In this document: one piece after another, positions 40,501 to 56,200 of the stretch | Numbering within the stretch: the stretch's first letter is position 1 | How the letters are laid out: every line of letters begins with the position of its first letter | Origin: the human T2T-CHM13v2.0 reference genome, Homo sapiens | Length of the DNA: 64,000 bases | Assembly (NCBI RefSeq): GCF_009914755.1 | Contig: NC_060933.1 | Strand: one strand, 5' to 3' | Made by a program: the position numbers and the translations under genes | The notes under the pieces: model-generated | Told to the model about the DNA's origin: nothing | What the model saw: only the letters and a program-made list of their open reading frames with translations | Databases searched by the model: none

Positions 40501-43500
40501 TGCAATGGAATGGATTCAACTTGAATGGAATGGAAAGAATGGAATCAACACGAGTGGAATGGCATGGATTGGAATGGAATGGAATGGAATCAACCCGAGT
40601 ACAGGGGAATGGAATGGAATGGAATGCAATGGAATGGAATCATCCGTAATGGAATGGAAAGGAATGGAATGGAATGGAATGGAATGGAATGAAATGGAAT
40701 GGATTGGAATCAACTCGATTGCAATCGAAGGGAATGGAATGGAATTAACCTGAATAGAATGGAATGGAATGGAATGGAACGTAACGGAACGGAATGGAAT
40801 GGAATGGAATGGAATGGTATGGAATGGAACGGCATGGTACGGAATAGAATGGAATGGAACGAATTGTAATGGAATGGAATTGAATGGAATGGAATGGAAT
40901 GGAATGGAATGCAATCAACTTGAGTGCAGGGGAATGTAATGGAACGGAATGCAATGGAATGGAATCATCCGGAATGGAATGGAATGGAATGGAATGGAAT
41001 GGAATGGAATGGAATCAACCCGAGTGCAATGGAATGGAGTGGAATGGAATGGAATGGAATGGAACAACCCGAATGGAATGGAATGTAATGGAGAGTAAGG
41101 GAGTTGAATAGAATCAATTCGAATGTAATGGAATGGAATGCAACGGAATGGAATGGAATGCAATGGAATGCAATGGAATGGAATCAACCCGAGTACAATG
41201 GAATGGAATGGAATGGAATGGAATGGAAAGGAATGGAATGGAATGGAATGATACGGAATAGAATGGAATGGAACGAAATGGAATGGAATGGAATGGAATG
41301 GAATGGAATGGAATGGAATGGAATGGAATGGAATCAATGCGAGTGCAGGGGAATGGAATGGAATGGAATGCAATGCAATGGAATCTTCCGGAATGGAATG
41401 GAATGGAATGGAATGGAATGAAATGCAATGGATTCAACACGATTGCAATGGAATGGAATAGAATGGAATGGAATTGAATGGAATGGAATTAACCCAAATA
41501 GAATGGAATGGAATGCAATGGAACGGAATGGAACGGAATGGAATGGAATGGAATGGAATGGAATGGTATGGAATGGAATGGAATGGTACGGAATAGAATG
41601 GAATGGAACGAATTGTAATGGAATGGAATTGAATGGAATGGAATGGAATCAACGCGAGTACAGGGGAATGTAATGGAACGGAATGCAATGGAATGGAATC
41701 ATCGGAATGGAATGGAATGGAATGGAATGGAATCAACCCGAGTGCAATGGAATGGAGTGGAATTGAATGGAATGGAATGGAACAACCCGAATGGAATGGA
41801 ATGTAATGGAGACTAAGGGAGTTGAATAGAATCAATCCGAATGTAATGGAATGGAATGCAACGGAATGGAATGGAATGGAATGGAACGGAATGCAATGGA
41901 ATGGAATCAACCCGAGTACAATGGAATGGAATGGAATGGAATGCAATGGAATGGAATGGAATGGAATGGAATGCCTTCAAACGGAATGGAATGGAAAGGA
42001 ATGGAATCAACACGAGTGGAATGGAATGGAATGTAATGGAATGGAACGGAATGGAATGGAATGATACGTAATAGAATGGAATGGAACGAAATGGAATGGA
42101 ATGGAATGGAATGGAATGGAATGGAATGGAATGGAATGGAATCGTTCCGAGTGGAATAGGAGGGAATGTATTCGAGTGGAATGGAAAGGAATTTAATCAA
42201 CCAGAGTGGAATGGAAGGGAATGGAATGGAATGGAAACTAATAGAATGGAATCAACCCGAGTGGAATGGAATGGAAAGGACTGGAAAGGAATGGAATGGA
42301 ATGGAATGGAATTAACCCGAATACAATGCAATGGAATGGAATGGAACGGAATGGAGTGGAATGGAATGGAATCAACCCGAGTGCAGGGGAATGGAATGGA
42401 ATGGAATGCAATGGAATGGAATCATCCGGAATGGAATGGAATGGAATGCAATGCAAAGCAATGGAATCAACTCGATTGCAATGGAATGGAATGGAATGGA
42501 AAGGAATACATTGGAATCAACCCGAGTGGAATGGAATGGAAAGGACTGGAATGGAGTGGAATGGAATGGAATGGAATGGAATGGAATCAACTCGATTGGA
42601 ATGGAATGGAATGGAATGGAATGGAATGGAATTAACCCGAATAGAATGGAATGGAATGGAATGGAATGGAATGGAACGGAACGGAATGGAATGGAATGGA
42701 ATGGAATGGAATGGAATGGAATGGAATCAACCCGACTGCAGGGGAATGGTATGGAATGGAATGCAATGGAATGGATTCAACTTGAATGAAATGGAAAGAA
42801 TGGAATCAACACGAGTGGAATGGCATGGATTGGAATGGAATGGAATGGAATGAACCCGAGTACAGGGGAATGCAATGGAATGGAATGCAATGGAATGGAA
42901 TCATCCGTAATGTAATGGAAAGGAATGGAATGGAATGGAATGGAATGGAATGGAATGGAATGGAATGGAATGGAATCAACTCGATTGCAATCGAATGGAA
43001 TGGAATGGAATTAACCCGAATAGAAAGGAATGGAATGGAATGGAACGGAACGGAACGGAACGGAACGGAATGGAATGGAATGGAACGGAAAGGAATGGAA
43101 TGGAATGGAATGGAATGGAATGGAATGGAATGGAATGGAATCAACGCGAGTGCAGGGGAATGGAATGGAATGGAATGCAATGGAATGGAATCTTCCGGAA
43201 TGGAATGGAATGGAATGGAATGGAATGGAATGGAATGGAATGGAATGGAATAAACCCGAATGCAATGGAATGGAGTGGAATGGAATGGAATGGAATGGAA
43301 CAGCCCGAATGGAATGGAATGTAATCGAGAGTAAGGGAGTTGAATAGAATCAATCCGAATGTAATGGAATGGAATGGAACGGAATGGAATTGAATGGAAT
43401 GGAATGGAATGCAATGGAATGGAATCAACCCGAGTGCAATGGAATGGAGAGGAATGGAATGGAATGGAATGGAAACTACCCGAATGGAATGGAATGTAAT

Positions 43501-46500
43501 GGAGAGTAAGGGAATTGAATAGAATCAATCTGAATGTAATGGAATGGAATGGAACGGAATGGAATGGAATGTAATGGAATGCAATGGAATGGAATCAACC
43601 CGAGTGCAATCGAATGGAATCGAATGGAATGGAATGCAATGGAATGGATTCAACTTGAATGGAATGGAAAGAATGGAATCAACACGAGTGGAAGGGCATG
43701 GATTGGAATGCAATGGAATAGAATCAACCCGAGTACAGGGGAATGGAATGGAATGGAATGCAATGGAATGGAATCATCCGTAATGGAATGGAAAGGAATG
43801 GAATGGAAAGGAATGGAACGGAATGGAATGAACACGATTGCAATCGAATGGAATGGAATGGAATTAACCCGAATAGAATGGAATGGAATGGAATGGAACG
43901 GAACGGAACGGAATGGAATGGAATGGAATGGAATGGAACGGAACGGAACGGAATGGAATGGAATGGAATGGAATGGAATGGAATGGAATCTTCCGGAATG
44001 CAATGGAATGGAATGGAATGGAATGGAATCAACTCGATTGCAATCGAATGGAATGGAATGGAATTAACCCGAATAGAATGGAATGGAATGGAATGGAACG
44101 GAACGGAACGTAACGAAACGGAACGGAATGGAATGGAATGGAATGGAATGGAATGGAACGGAAAGGAATGGAATGGAACGGAATGGAATGAAATGGAATG
44201 GAATGGAATCAACGCGAGTGCAGGGGAATGGAATGTAATGGAATGCAATGGAATGGAATCTTCCGGAATGGAATGGAATGGAATGGAATGGAATGGAATC
44301 AACGCTAGTGCAGGGGAATGGAGTGGAATGGAATGCAATGGAATGGAATCTTCCGGAATGGAATGGAATGGAATGGAATGGAATGAAATGCAATGGATTC
44401 AACTCGATTGCAATGGAATGGAATAGAATGGAATGGAATGGAATGGAATGGAATGGAATGGAATTAACCCGAATAGAATGGAATGGAATGCAATGGAAAG
44501 GAATGGAACGGAATGCAATGGAACGGAATGGAACGGAATGGAAAGGAATGGAATGGAATGGAATGGAATGGTATGGAATGGAATGGAATGGTACGGAATA
44601 GAATGGAATGTAACGAATTGTAATGGAATGGAATTGAATGGAATGGAATGGAATCAACGCGAGTGCAGGGGAATGTAATGGAACGGAATGCAATGGAATG
44701 GAATCATCCGGAATGGAATGGAATGGAATGGAATGGAATAGAATGGAATCATCCCGAGTGCAATGGAATGGAGTGGAATGGAATGGAATGGAATGGAACA
44801 ACCCGAACGGAATGGAATGTAATGGAGAGTAAGGGAGTTGAATAGAATCAATCCGAATGTAATGGAATGGAATGCAACGGAATGGAATGGAATGGAATGC
44901 AATGGAATGCAATCAACCCGAGTACAATGGAATGGAATGGAATGGAATGGAATGGAATGGAATGGAATGGAATGCCTTCAAACCGAATGGAGTGGAAAGG
45001 AATGGAATCAACACGAGTGGAATGGAATGGAATGGAATGGAATGGAATGGAATGGAATGGAATGGAATGATACGGAATAGAATGGAATGGAACGAAATGG
45101 AATGGAATGGAATGGAATGGAATGGAATGGAATGGAATGGAATGGAATCGTTCCGAGTGAAATAGGAGGGAATGTATTCGAGTGGAATGCAAAGGAATGG
45201 AATCAACCAGAGTGGAATGGAAGGGAATGGAATGGAATGGAAACTAATAGAATGAAATCAACCCGAGTGGAATGGAATGGAAAGGACTGGAATGGAATGG
45301 AATGGAATGGAATTGAATGGAATCAACTCGATTGGAATGGAATGGAATGGAATGGAATAGAATTAACCCGAATACAGTGGAATGGAATGGAATGGAACGG
45401 AATGGAGTTGAATGGAATGGAATCAACCCGAGTGCAGGGGAATGGAATGGAATGGAATGCAATGGAATGGAATCATCCGGAATGGAATGGAATGGAATGG
45501 AATGCAAAGCAATGGAATCAACTCGATTGCAATGGAATGGAATGGAATGGAAAGGAATACATTGGAATCAACCCGAGTGGAATGGAATGGAAAGGACTGG
45601 AATGGAGTGGAATGGAATGGAATGGAATGGAATGGAATGGAATTAACCCGAATAGAATGGAATGGAATGGAATGGAACGGAACGGATCGGAATGGAATGG
45701 AATGGAATGGAATGGAATGGAATGGAATGGAATCAACCCAACTGCAGGGTAATGGAATGGAATGGAATGCAATGGAATGGATTCAACTTGAATGGAATGG
45801 AAAGAATGGAATCAACACGAGTGGAAGGGCATGGATTGGAATGCAATGGAATGGAATCAACCCGAGTACAGGGGAATGGAATGGAATGGAATGCAATGGA
45901 ATGGAATCATCCGTAATGGAATGGAAAGGAATGGAATGGAATGGAATGGAATCAACTCGATTGCAATCGAATGGAATGGAATGGAATTAACCCGAATAGA
46001 ATGGAATGGAATGGAATGGAACGGAACGGAACGGAATGGAATGGAATGGAATGGAATGGAATGGAACGGAAAGGAATGGAATGGAATGGAATGGAATGGA
46101 ATGGAATGGAATGGAATCAACGCGAGTGCAGGGGAATGGAATGGAATGGAATGCAATGGAATGGAATCTTCCGGAATGGAATGGAATGGAATGGAATGGA
46201 ATGGAATGGAATGGAATCAACCCGAATGCAATGGAATGGAGTGGAATGGAATGGAATGGAATGGAACAACCCGAATGGAATGGAATGTAATAGAGAGTAA
46301 GGGAGTTGAATAGAATCAATCCGAATGTAATGGAATGGAATGGAACGGAATGGAATTGAATGGAATGGAATGGAATGCAATGGAATGGAATCAACCCGAG
46401 TGCAATGGAATGGAGAGGAATGGAATGGAATGGAATGGAAACTACCCGAATGGAATGGAATGTAATGTAGTGTAAGGGAATTGAATAGAATCAATCCGAA

Positions 46501-47089
46501 TGTAATGGAATGGAATGGAACGGAATGGAATGGAATGGAATGGAATGGAATGGAATGGAATGCAATGGAATGGAATCAACCCGAGTGCAATCGAATGGAA
46601 TCGAATGGAATGGAATGCAATGGAATGGATTCAACTTGAATGGAATGGAAAGAATGGAATCAACACGAGTGGAAGGGCATGGATTGGAATGCAATGGAAT
46701 GGAATCAACCCGAGTACAGGGGAATGGAATGGAATGGAATGCAATGGAATGGAATCATCCGTAATGGAATGGAAAGGAATGGAATGGAATGGAATGGAAT
46801 GGAATGGAATGGAATGGAATGGAATGGAATCAACACGATTGCAATCGAATGGAATGGAATCGAATTAACCCGTATAGAATGGAATGGAATGGAATGCAAC
46901 GGAACGGAACGGAACGGAATGGAATGGAATGGAATGGAAAGGAACGGAACGGAATGGAATGGAATGGAATGGAATGGAATGGAATGGAATCAACGCGAGT
47001 GCAGGGGAATGGAATGGAATGGAATGCAATGGAATGGAATCTTCCGGAATTCAAAGGAATGGAATGGAATGGAATGGAATGGAATCTAC

Positions 47090-50000
47090 GCGAGTGCAGG
47101 AAAATGGAATGTAATGGAATGCAATGGAATGGAATCTTCCGGAATGGAATGGAATGGAATGGAATGGAATCAACCCGAATGCAATGCAATGGAGTGGAAT
47201 GGAATGGAATGGAATGGAACAACCCGAATGGAATGGAATGTAATGGAGAGTAAGGGAGTTGAATAGAATCATTCCGAATGTAATGGAATGGAATGGAACG
47301 GAATGGAATTGAATGGAATGGAATGGAATGCAATGGAATGGAATCAACCCGAGTGCAATGGAATGGAGAGGAATGGAATGGAATCAAATGGAAACTACCC
47401 GATTGGAATGGAATTTAATGGAGTGTAAGGGAATTGAATAGAATCAATCCGAATGTAATGGAATGGAACGGAATGGAATGGAATGGAATGGAATGGAATG
47501 GAATGGAATGGAATCAACCCGAGTGCAATCGAATGGAATCGAATGGAATGCAATGCAATGGAATGGATTCAACTTGAATGGAATGGAAAGAATGGAATCA
47601 ACACGAGTGGAATGGCATGGATTGGAATGGAATGGAATGGAATCAACCCGAGTACAGGGGAATGGAATGGAATGGAATGCAATGGAATGGAATCATCCGT
47701 AATGGAATGGAAAGGAATGGAATGGAATGGAATGGAATGGAATGGAATGGAATGGAATCAACTCGATTGAAATCGAATGGAATGGAATGGAATTAACCCA
47801 AATAGAATGGAATGGAATGGAATGGAACGGAACGGAATGGAATGGAATGGAATGGAATGGAATGGAACGGAACGGAACGGAACGGAATGGAATGGAATGG
47901 AATGGAATGGAATGGAATCAACGCGAGTGCAGGGGAATGGAAAGGAATGGAATGCAATGGAATGGAATCTTCCGGAATAGAATGGAATGGAATGGAATGA
48001 AATGCAATGGATTCAACTCGATTGCAATGGAATGGAATAGAATGGAATGGAATGGAATGGAATGGAATTAACCCGAATAGAATGGAATAGAATGGAATGG
48101 AACGGAATGGAACGGAATGGAATGGAATGGAATGGAATGGAATGGAATGGAATGGAATGGTATGGAATGGAATGGAATGGTACGGAATAGAATGGAATGG
48201 ACCGAATTGTAATGGAATGGATTTGAATGGAATGGAATGGAATGGAATGGAATCAAAGCGAGTGCAAGGGAATGTAATGGAACGGAATGCAATGGAATGG
48301 AATCATCCGGAATGGAATGGAATGGAATGGAATGGAATCAACCCGAGTGCAATGGAATGGAGTGGAATGGAATGGAAAGGAATGGAACAACCCGAATGGA
48401 ATGGAATGTAATGGAGAGTAAGGGAGTTGAATAGAATCAATCCGAATGTAATGGAATGGAATGCAACGGAATGGAATGGAAAGGAATGGAATGGAATGGA
48501 ATGGAATGGATTGGAATGCAATGGAATGGAATCAACCCGAGTTCAATGGAATGGAATGGAATGGAATGGAATGGAATGGAATGGAATGGAGTGGAATTGA
48601 ATGGAATGGAATGCTTTCAAACCGAATGGAATGGAAAGGAATGGAATCAACACGAGTGGAATGGAATGGAATGGAAAGGAATGGAATGGAATGGAATGGT
48701 ACGGAATAGAATGGAATGGAACGAAATGGAATGGAATGGAATGGAATGGAATAGAATCGTTCCGAGTGGAATAGGAGGGAATGTACTCGAGTGGAATGGA
48801 AAGGAATGGAATCAACCAGAGTGGAATGGAAGGGAATGGAATGGAATGGAAACTAATAGAATGGAATCAACCCGAGTGGAATGGAATGGAAAGGACTGGA
48901 ATGGAATGGAATGGAATGGAATGGAATGGAATGGAATCAACTCGATTGTAATGGTTTGGAATGGAATGGAATGGAATGGAATGGAATGGAATTAACCCGA
49001 ATACAACGGAATGGAATGGAATGGAATGGAATGGAGTGGAATCGAATGGAATCAACCCGAGTGCAGGGGAATGGAATGGAATGGAATGCAATGGAATGGA
49101 ATCATCTGGAATGGAATGGAATGGAATGCAATGCAAAGCAATGGAATCAACTCGATTGCAATGGAATGGAATGGAATGGAAAGGAATACATTGGAATCAA
49201 CCCGAGTGGAATGGAATGGAAAGGATTGGAAAGGAGTGGAATGGAATGGAATGGAATGGAATGGAATGGAATGGAATGGAATCAACTCGATTGGAATGGA
49301 ATGGAATGGAATGGAATGGAATGGAATGGAATGGAATGGAATCAACCCGACTGAAGGGGAATGGAATGGAATGGAATGCAATGGAATGGATTCAACTTGA
49401 ATGGAATGGAAAGAATGGAATCAACACGAGTGGAATGGCATGGATTGGAATGGAATGGAATGGAATCAACCCGAGTACAGGGGAATGGAATGGAATGGAA
49501 TGCAATGGAATGGAATCATCCGTAATGGAATGCAAAGGAATGGAATGGAATGGAATGGAATGGAATGGAATGGAATGGAATCAACTCGATTGCAATGGAA
49601 TGGAATGGAATGGAATTATACCGAATAGAATGGAATGGAATGGAATGGAACGGAACGGAAGGGAATGGAATGGAACGGAACGGAATGGAACGGAACGGAA
49701 CGGAATGGAATGGAATGGAATGGAATGGAATGGAATGGAATCAACGCGAGTGCAGGGGAATGGAATGGAATGGAATGCAATGGAATGGAATCTTCCGGAA
49801 TGCAATGGAATGGAATGGAATGGAATGGAATGGAATGGAATGGAATCAACTCGATTGCAATCGAATGGAATGGAATGGAATTAACCCGAATAGAATGGAA
49901 TGGAATGGAATGGAACGGAACGGAATGGAACGGAATGGAATGGAATGGAATGGAATGCAATGGAACGGAAAGGAATGGAATGGAACGGAATGGAATGGAA

Positions 50001-53000
50001 TGGAATGGAATCAACGCGAGTGCAGGGGAATGGAATGTAATGGAATGCAATGGAATGGAATCTTCCGGAATGGAATGGAATGGAATGGAATGGAATCAAC
50101 CCGAGTGCAATGGAATGGAGTGGAATGGAATGGAATGGAATGGAACAACCCGAATGGAATGGAATGTAATGGAGAGTAAGGGAGTTGAATAGAATCATTC
50201 CGAATGTAATGGAATGGAATGGAACGGAATGGAATTGAATGGAATGGAATGGAATGCAGTGGAATGGAATCAACCCGAGTGCAATGGAATGGAGAGGAAT
50301 GGAATGGAATCGAATGGAAACTACCCGAATGGAATGGAATGTAATGGAGTGTAAGGGAATTGAATAGAATCAATCCGAATGGAATGGAATGGAATGGAAT
50401 GGAATGGAATGGAATCAACCAGAGTGCAATCGAATGGAATCGAATGGAAAGCAATGCAATGGAATGGATTCAAGTTGAATGGAATGGAAAGAATGGAACC
50501 AACACGAGTGGAATGGCATGGATTGGAATGGAATGGAATGGAATCAACCCGAGTACAGGGGAATGGAATGGAATGGAATGCAATGGAATGGAATCATCCG
50601 TAATGGAATGGAAAGGAATGGAATGGAATGGAATGGAATGGAATGGAATGGAATGGAATCAACTCGATTGCAATCGAATGGAATGGAATGGAATTAACCC
50701 AAATAGAATGGAATGGAATGGAATGGAACGGAACGGAATGGAATGGAATGGAATGGAATGGAATGGAACGGAACGGAACGGAACGGAATGGAATGGAATG
50801 GAATGGAATGGAATGGAATGGAATCAACGCGTGTGCAGGGGAATGGAACGGAATGGAATGCAATGGAATGGAATCTTCCGGAATGGAATGGATTGGAATG
50901 GTATGAAATGCAATGGATTCAACTCGATTGCAATGGAATGGAATAGAATGGAATGGAATAGAATGGAATGGAATTAACCCGAATAGAATGGAATGGAATG
51001 GAATGTAATGGAATGGAACGGAATGGAATGGAATGGAATGGAATGGAATGGAATGGTATGGAATGGAATGGAATGGTACGGAATAGAATGGAATGCAACG
51101 AATTGTAATGGAATGGAATTGAATGGAATGGAATGGAATGGAATGGAATCAACGCGAGTGCAAGGGAATGTAATGGAACGGAATGCAATGGAATGGAATC
51201 ATCCGGAATGGAATGGAATGGAATGGAATGGAATCAACCCGAGTGCAATGGAATGGAGTGGAATGGAATGGAATGGAATGGAACAACCCGAATGGAATGG
51301 AATGTAATGGAGAGTAAGGGAGTTGAATAGAATCAATCCGAATGTAATGCAACGGAATGCAACGGAATGGAATGGAATGGAATGGAATGGAATGGAATGG
51401 AATTGAATGGAGTGGAATTGAATGGAATGGAATGCTTTCAAACCGAATGGAATGGAAAGGAATGGAATCAACACGAGTGGAATGGAATGGAATGGAAAGG
51501 AATGGAATGGAATGGAATGGTACGGAATATAATGGAATGGAACGAAATGGAATGGAATGGAATGGAATGGAATGGAATGGAATAGAATCGTTCCGAGTGG
51601 AATAGGAGGGAATGTATTCGAGTGGAATGGAAAGGAATGGAATCAACCAGAGTGGAATGGAAGGGAATGGAATGGAATGGAAACTAATAGAATGGAATCA
51701 ACCCGAGTGGAATGGAATGGAAAGGACTGGAATGGAATGGAATGGAATGGAATGGAATGGAATCAAATCGATTGTAATGGATTGGAATGGAATGGAATAG
51801 AATGGAATGGAATGGAATGGAATGGAATTAACCCGAATACAACGGAATGGAATGGAATGGAAGGGAATGGAGTGGAATGGAATGGAATCAACCCGAGTGC
51901 AGGGGAATGGAATGGAATGGAATGCAATGGAATGGAATCATCCGTAATGGAATGGAATGGAATGGAATGGAATGGAATGGAATGGAATGGAATGGAATCT
52001 ACTCGATTGCAATCGAATGGAATGGAATGGAATTAACCCGAATAGAATGGAATGGAATGGAATGGAACGGAATGGAATGGAACGGAACGGAACGGAACGG
52101 AATGGAATGGAATGGAATGGAATGGAATAGAATCAACGCGAGTGCAGGGGAATGGAATGGAATGGAATGCAATGGAATGGAATCTTCCGGAATGCAATGG
52201 AATGGAATGGAAGGGAATGGAATGGAATGGAATGGAATCAACTCGATTGCAATCGAATGGAATGGAATGGAATTAACCCGAATAGAATGGAATGGAATGG
52301 AATGGAACGGAACGGAACGGAACGGAATGGAATGGAATGGAATGGCACGGAAAGGAAAGGAATGGAACGGAATGGAATGGAATGGAATGGAATGGAATGG
52401 AATCAACGCGAGTGCAGGGGAATGGAATGTAATGGAATGCAATGGAATGGAATCTTCCGGAATGGAATGGAATGGAATGGAATGGAATCAACCCGAGTGC
52501 AATGGAATGGAGTGGAATGGAATGGAATGGAATGGAACAACCCGAATGGAATGGAATGTAATGGAGAGTAAGGGAGTTGAATAGAATCATTCCGAATGTA
52601 ATGGAACGGAATGGAACGGAATGGAATTGAATGGAATGGAATGGAATGCAATGGAATGAAATCAACCCGAGTGCAATGGAATGGAGAGGAATGGAATGGA
52701 ATCGAATGGAAACTACCCGAATGGAATGGAATGTAATGGAGTGTAAGGGAATTGAATAGAATCAATCCGAATGTAATGGAATGGAATGGAACGGAATGGA
52801 ATGGAATGGAATGGAATGGAATGGAATGGAATGGAATCAACCCGAGTGCAATCGAATGGAATCGAATGGAATGCAATGCAATGGAATGGATTCAACTTGA
52901 ATGGAATGGAAAGAATGGAATCAACACGAGTGGAATGGCATGGATTGGAATGCAATGGAATGGAATCAACCCGAGTACAGGGGAATGCAATGGAATGGAA

Positions 53001-53200
53001 TGCAATGGAATGGAATCATCCGTAATGGAATGGAAAGGAATGGAATGGAATGGAATGGAATGGAATGGAATGGAATCAACTCGATTGCAATCGAATGGAA
53101 TGGAATGGAATTAACCCAAATAGAATGGAATGGAATGGAATAGAACGGAACGGAATGGAATGGAATGGAATGGAATGGAATGGAACGGAACGGAACGGAA
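47090..53200 (+). repeat. Tandem duplication series of a ~2.9-kb unit (second copy internally deleted, third partial)
   Basis: Seen: AATCATTCCGAATG at 47267, 50193 and 52585; ATGCTTTCAAACCG at 48611 and 51432; GTGCAAGGGAATGTA at ~48262 and ~51158; ATAGAATCGTTCC at ~48751 and ~51582. Confidence 0.8.
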
Positions 53201-56200
53201 CGGAACGGAATGGAATGGAATGGAATGGAATCAACGTGAGTGCAGGGGAATGGAATGGAACGGAATGCAATGGAATGGAATCATCCGGAATGGAATGGTA
53301 TGGAATGGAATGGAATCAACTCGATTGCAATCGAATGGAATGGAATGGAATTAACCCGAATAGAATGGAATGGAATGGAATGGAATGGAATGGAATGGAA
53401 TGGAATGGTATGGAATGGAATGGAATGGTACGGAATAGAATGGAATGGAACGAATTGTAATGGAATGGAATTGAATGGAATGGAATGGAATGGAATGGAA
53501 TGGAATGGAATCAACGTGAGTGCAGGGGAATGTAATGGAACGGAATGCAATGGAATGGAATGATCCGGAATGGAATGGTATGGAATGGAATGGAATGGAA
53601 TGGAATGGAATCAACCCGAGTGCAATGGAATGGAGTGGAATGGAATGGAATGGAATGGAACAACCCGAATGGAATGGAATGTAATGGAGAGTAAGGGAGT
53701 TGAATAGAATCAATCCGAATGTAATGGAATGGAATGCAACGGAATGGAATGGAATGGAATGGAATGGAATGCAATGGAATGCAATCAACCCGAGTACAAT
53801 GGAATGGAATGGAATGGAATGGAATGGAATGGAATGGAATGGAATTGAATGGAATGGAATGGAATGATACGGAATAGAATGGAATGGAAAGAAATGGAAT
53901 GGAATGGAATGGAATGGAATGGAATGGAATCGTTCCGAGTGGAATAGGAGGGAATGTATTCGAGTGGAATGGAAAGGAATGGAATCAACAAGAGTGGAAT
54001 GGAAGGGAATGGAATGGAATGGAAACTAATAGAATGGAATCAACCCGAGTGGAATGGAATGGAAAGGACTGCAATGGAATGGAATGGAATGGAATCAACT
54101 CGATTGTAATGGAATGGAATGGAATGGAAAGGAATGGAATGGAATGGAATTAAACCGAATACAATGGAAGGGAATGGAATGGAATGGAAACTAATAGAAT
54201 GGAATCAACCCGAGTGGAATGGAATGGAAAGGACTGGAATGGAATGGAATGGAATGGAATCAACTCGATTGTAATGGAATGGAATGGAATGGAATGGAAT
54301 GGAATGGAATGGAATTAACCCGAATACAATGGAATGGAATGGAAAGGAATGGAATGGAGGGGAATGGAATGGAATCAACCTGAGTGCAGGGGAATGGAAT
54401 GGAATGGAATGCAATGGAATGGAATCATCCGGAATGGAATGGAATGGAATGGAATGCAAAGCAATGGAATCAACTCGATTGCAGTGGAATGGAATGGAAT
54501 GGAAAGGAATACATTGGAATCAACCCGAGTGGAATGGAATGGAAAGGACTGGAATGGAGTGGAATGGAATGGAATGCAATGGAATGGAATGGAATGGAAT
54601 CAACTTGATTGGAATGGAATGGAATGGAATGGAATGGAATGGAATCAACCCGAGTACAGGGGAATGGAATGGAGTGGAATGCAATGGAATGGAATCATCC
54701 GTAATGGAATGGAATGGAATGGAATGGAATGGAATGGAATGGAATGGAATGGAATGGAATCAACTCGATTGCAATAGAATGGAATGGAATGGAATTTACC
54801 CAAATAGAATGGAAAGGAATGGAATGGAACGGAACGGAATGGAATGGAATGGAATGGAATGGAGTGGACCGGAACGGAATGGAACGGAATGGAATGGAAT
54901 GGAATCAACTCGATTGCAATCGAATGGAATGGAATGGAATTAACCCGAATAGAATGGAATGGAATGGAATGGAACGGAACGGAATGGAATGGAATGGAAT
55001 GGAACGGAACGGAATGGAATGGAATGGAATGGAATGGAATCAACGCGAGTGCAGGGGAATGGAATGGAATGGAATGCAATGGAATGGAATGAAATGCAAT
55101 GGATTCAACTCGATTGCAATGGAATGGAATAGAATGGAATGAAATGGAATGCAAAGCAATTAATACGAATAGAATGGAATGGAATGGAATGGAACGGAAT
55201 GGAACGGAATGGAATGGAATGGAATGGAATGGAATGGTACGGAATAGAATGGAATGGAACGAATTGTAATGGAATGGAATTGAATGGAATGGAATGGAAT
55301 GGAATCAACGCGAGTGCAGGGGAATGTAATGGAACGGAATGCAATGGAATGGAATCATCCGGAATGGAATGGAATGGAATGGAATGGAATGGAATCAACC
55401 CGAGTGCAATGGAATGGAGTGGAATGGAATGGAATGGAATGGAACAACCCGAATGGAATGGAATGTAATGGAGAGTAAGGGAGTTGAAAAGAATCAATCC
55501 GAATGTAATGGAATGGAATGCAACGGAATGGAATGGAATGGAATGGAATGGAATGGAATGGAATGGAATTAACCCGAATAGAATGGAATGGAATGGAATG
55601 GAACGGAATGGAACGGAATGGAACGGAATGGAAGGGAATGGAAGGGAATGGAATGGTATCGAATGGAATGGAATGGTACGGAATAGAATGGAATGGAACG
55701 AATTGTAATGGAATGGAATTGAACGGAATGGAATGGAATGGAATGGAATCAACGCGAGTGCAGGGGAATGTAATGGAACGGAATGCAATGGAATGGAATC
55801 ATCCGGAATGGAATGGAATGGAATGGAATCAAACCGAGTGGAATGGCATGAAATGGAATGCAATGGAATGGAATGGAATGGAATCAACTCGAGTGGAAAG
55901 GAATGGAATGGAATGGAAAGGAATGGAATGAAATCAACTCGAGTGGAATGGAATGGAATGGAGTAGATTGGAATGGATTGCAACCGAATGAAATGGAATG
56001 GAATGGAATGGAATCAATCATTCCGAGTGGAATGGAAGGGAATGTAATGGAGTGGAAAGAAGGGAATGGAATCAACCCGATTGGAATGCAAGGCAATGGA
56101 AAGGAATGGAAAGGAATGGAATGGAATCAACTCGATTGCAATGGAATGGAATGGAATGGAATGGAATGGAATCAACTCGATTGCAATGGAATGGAATGGA

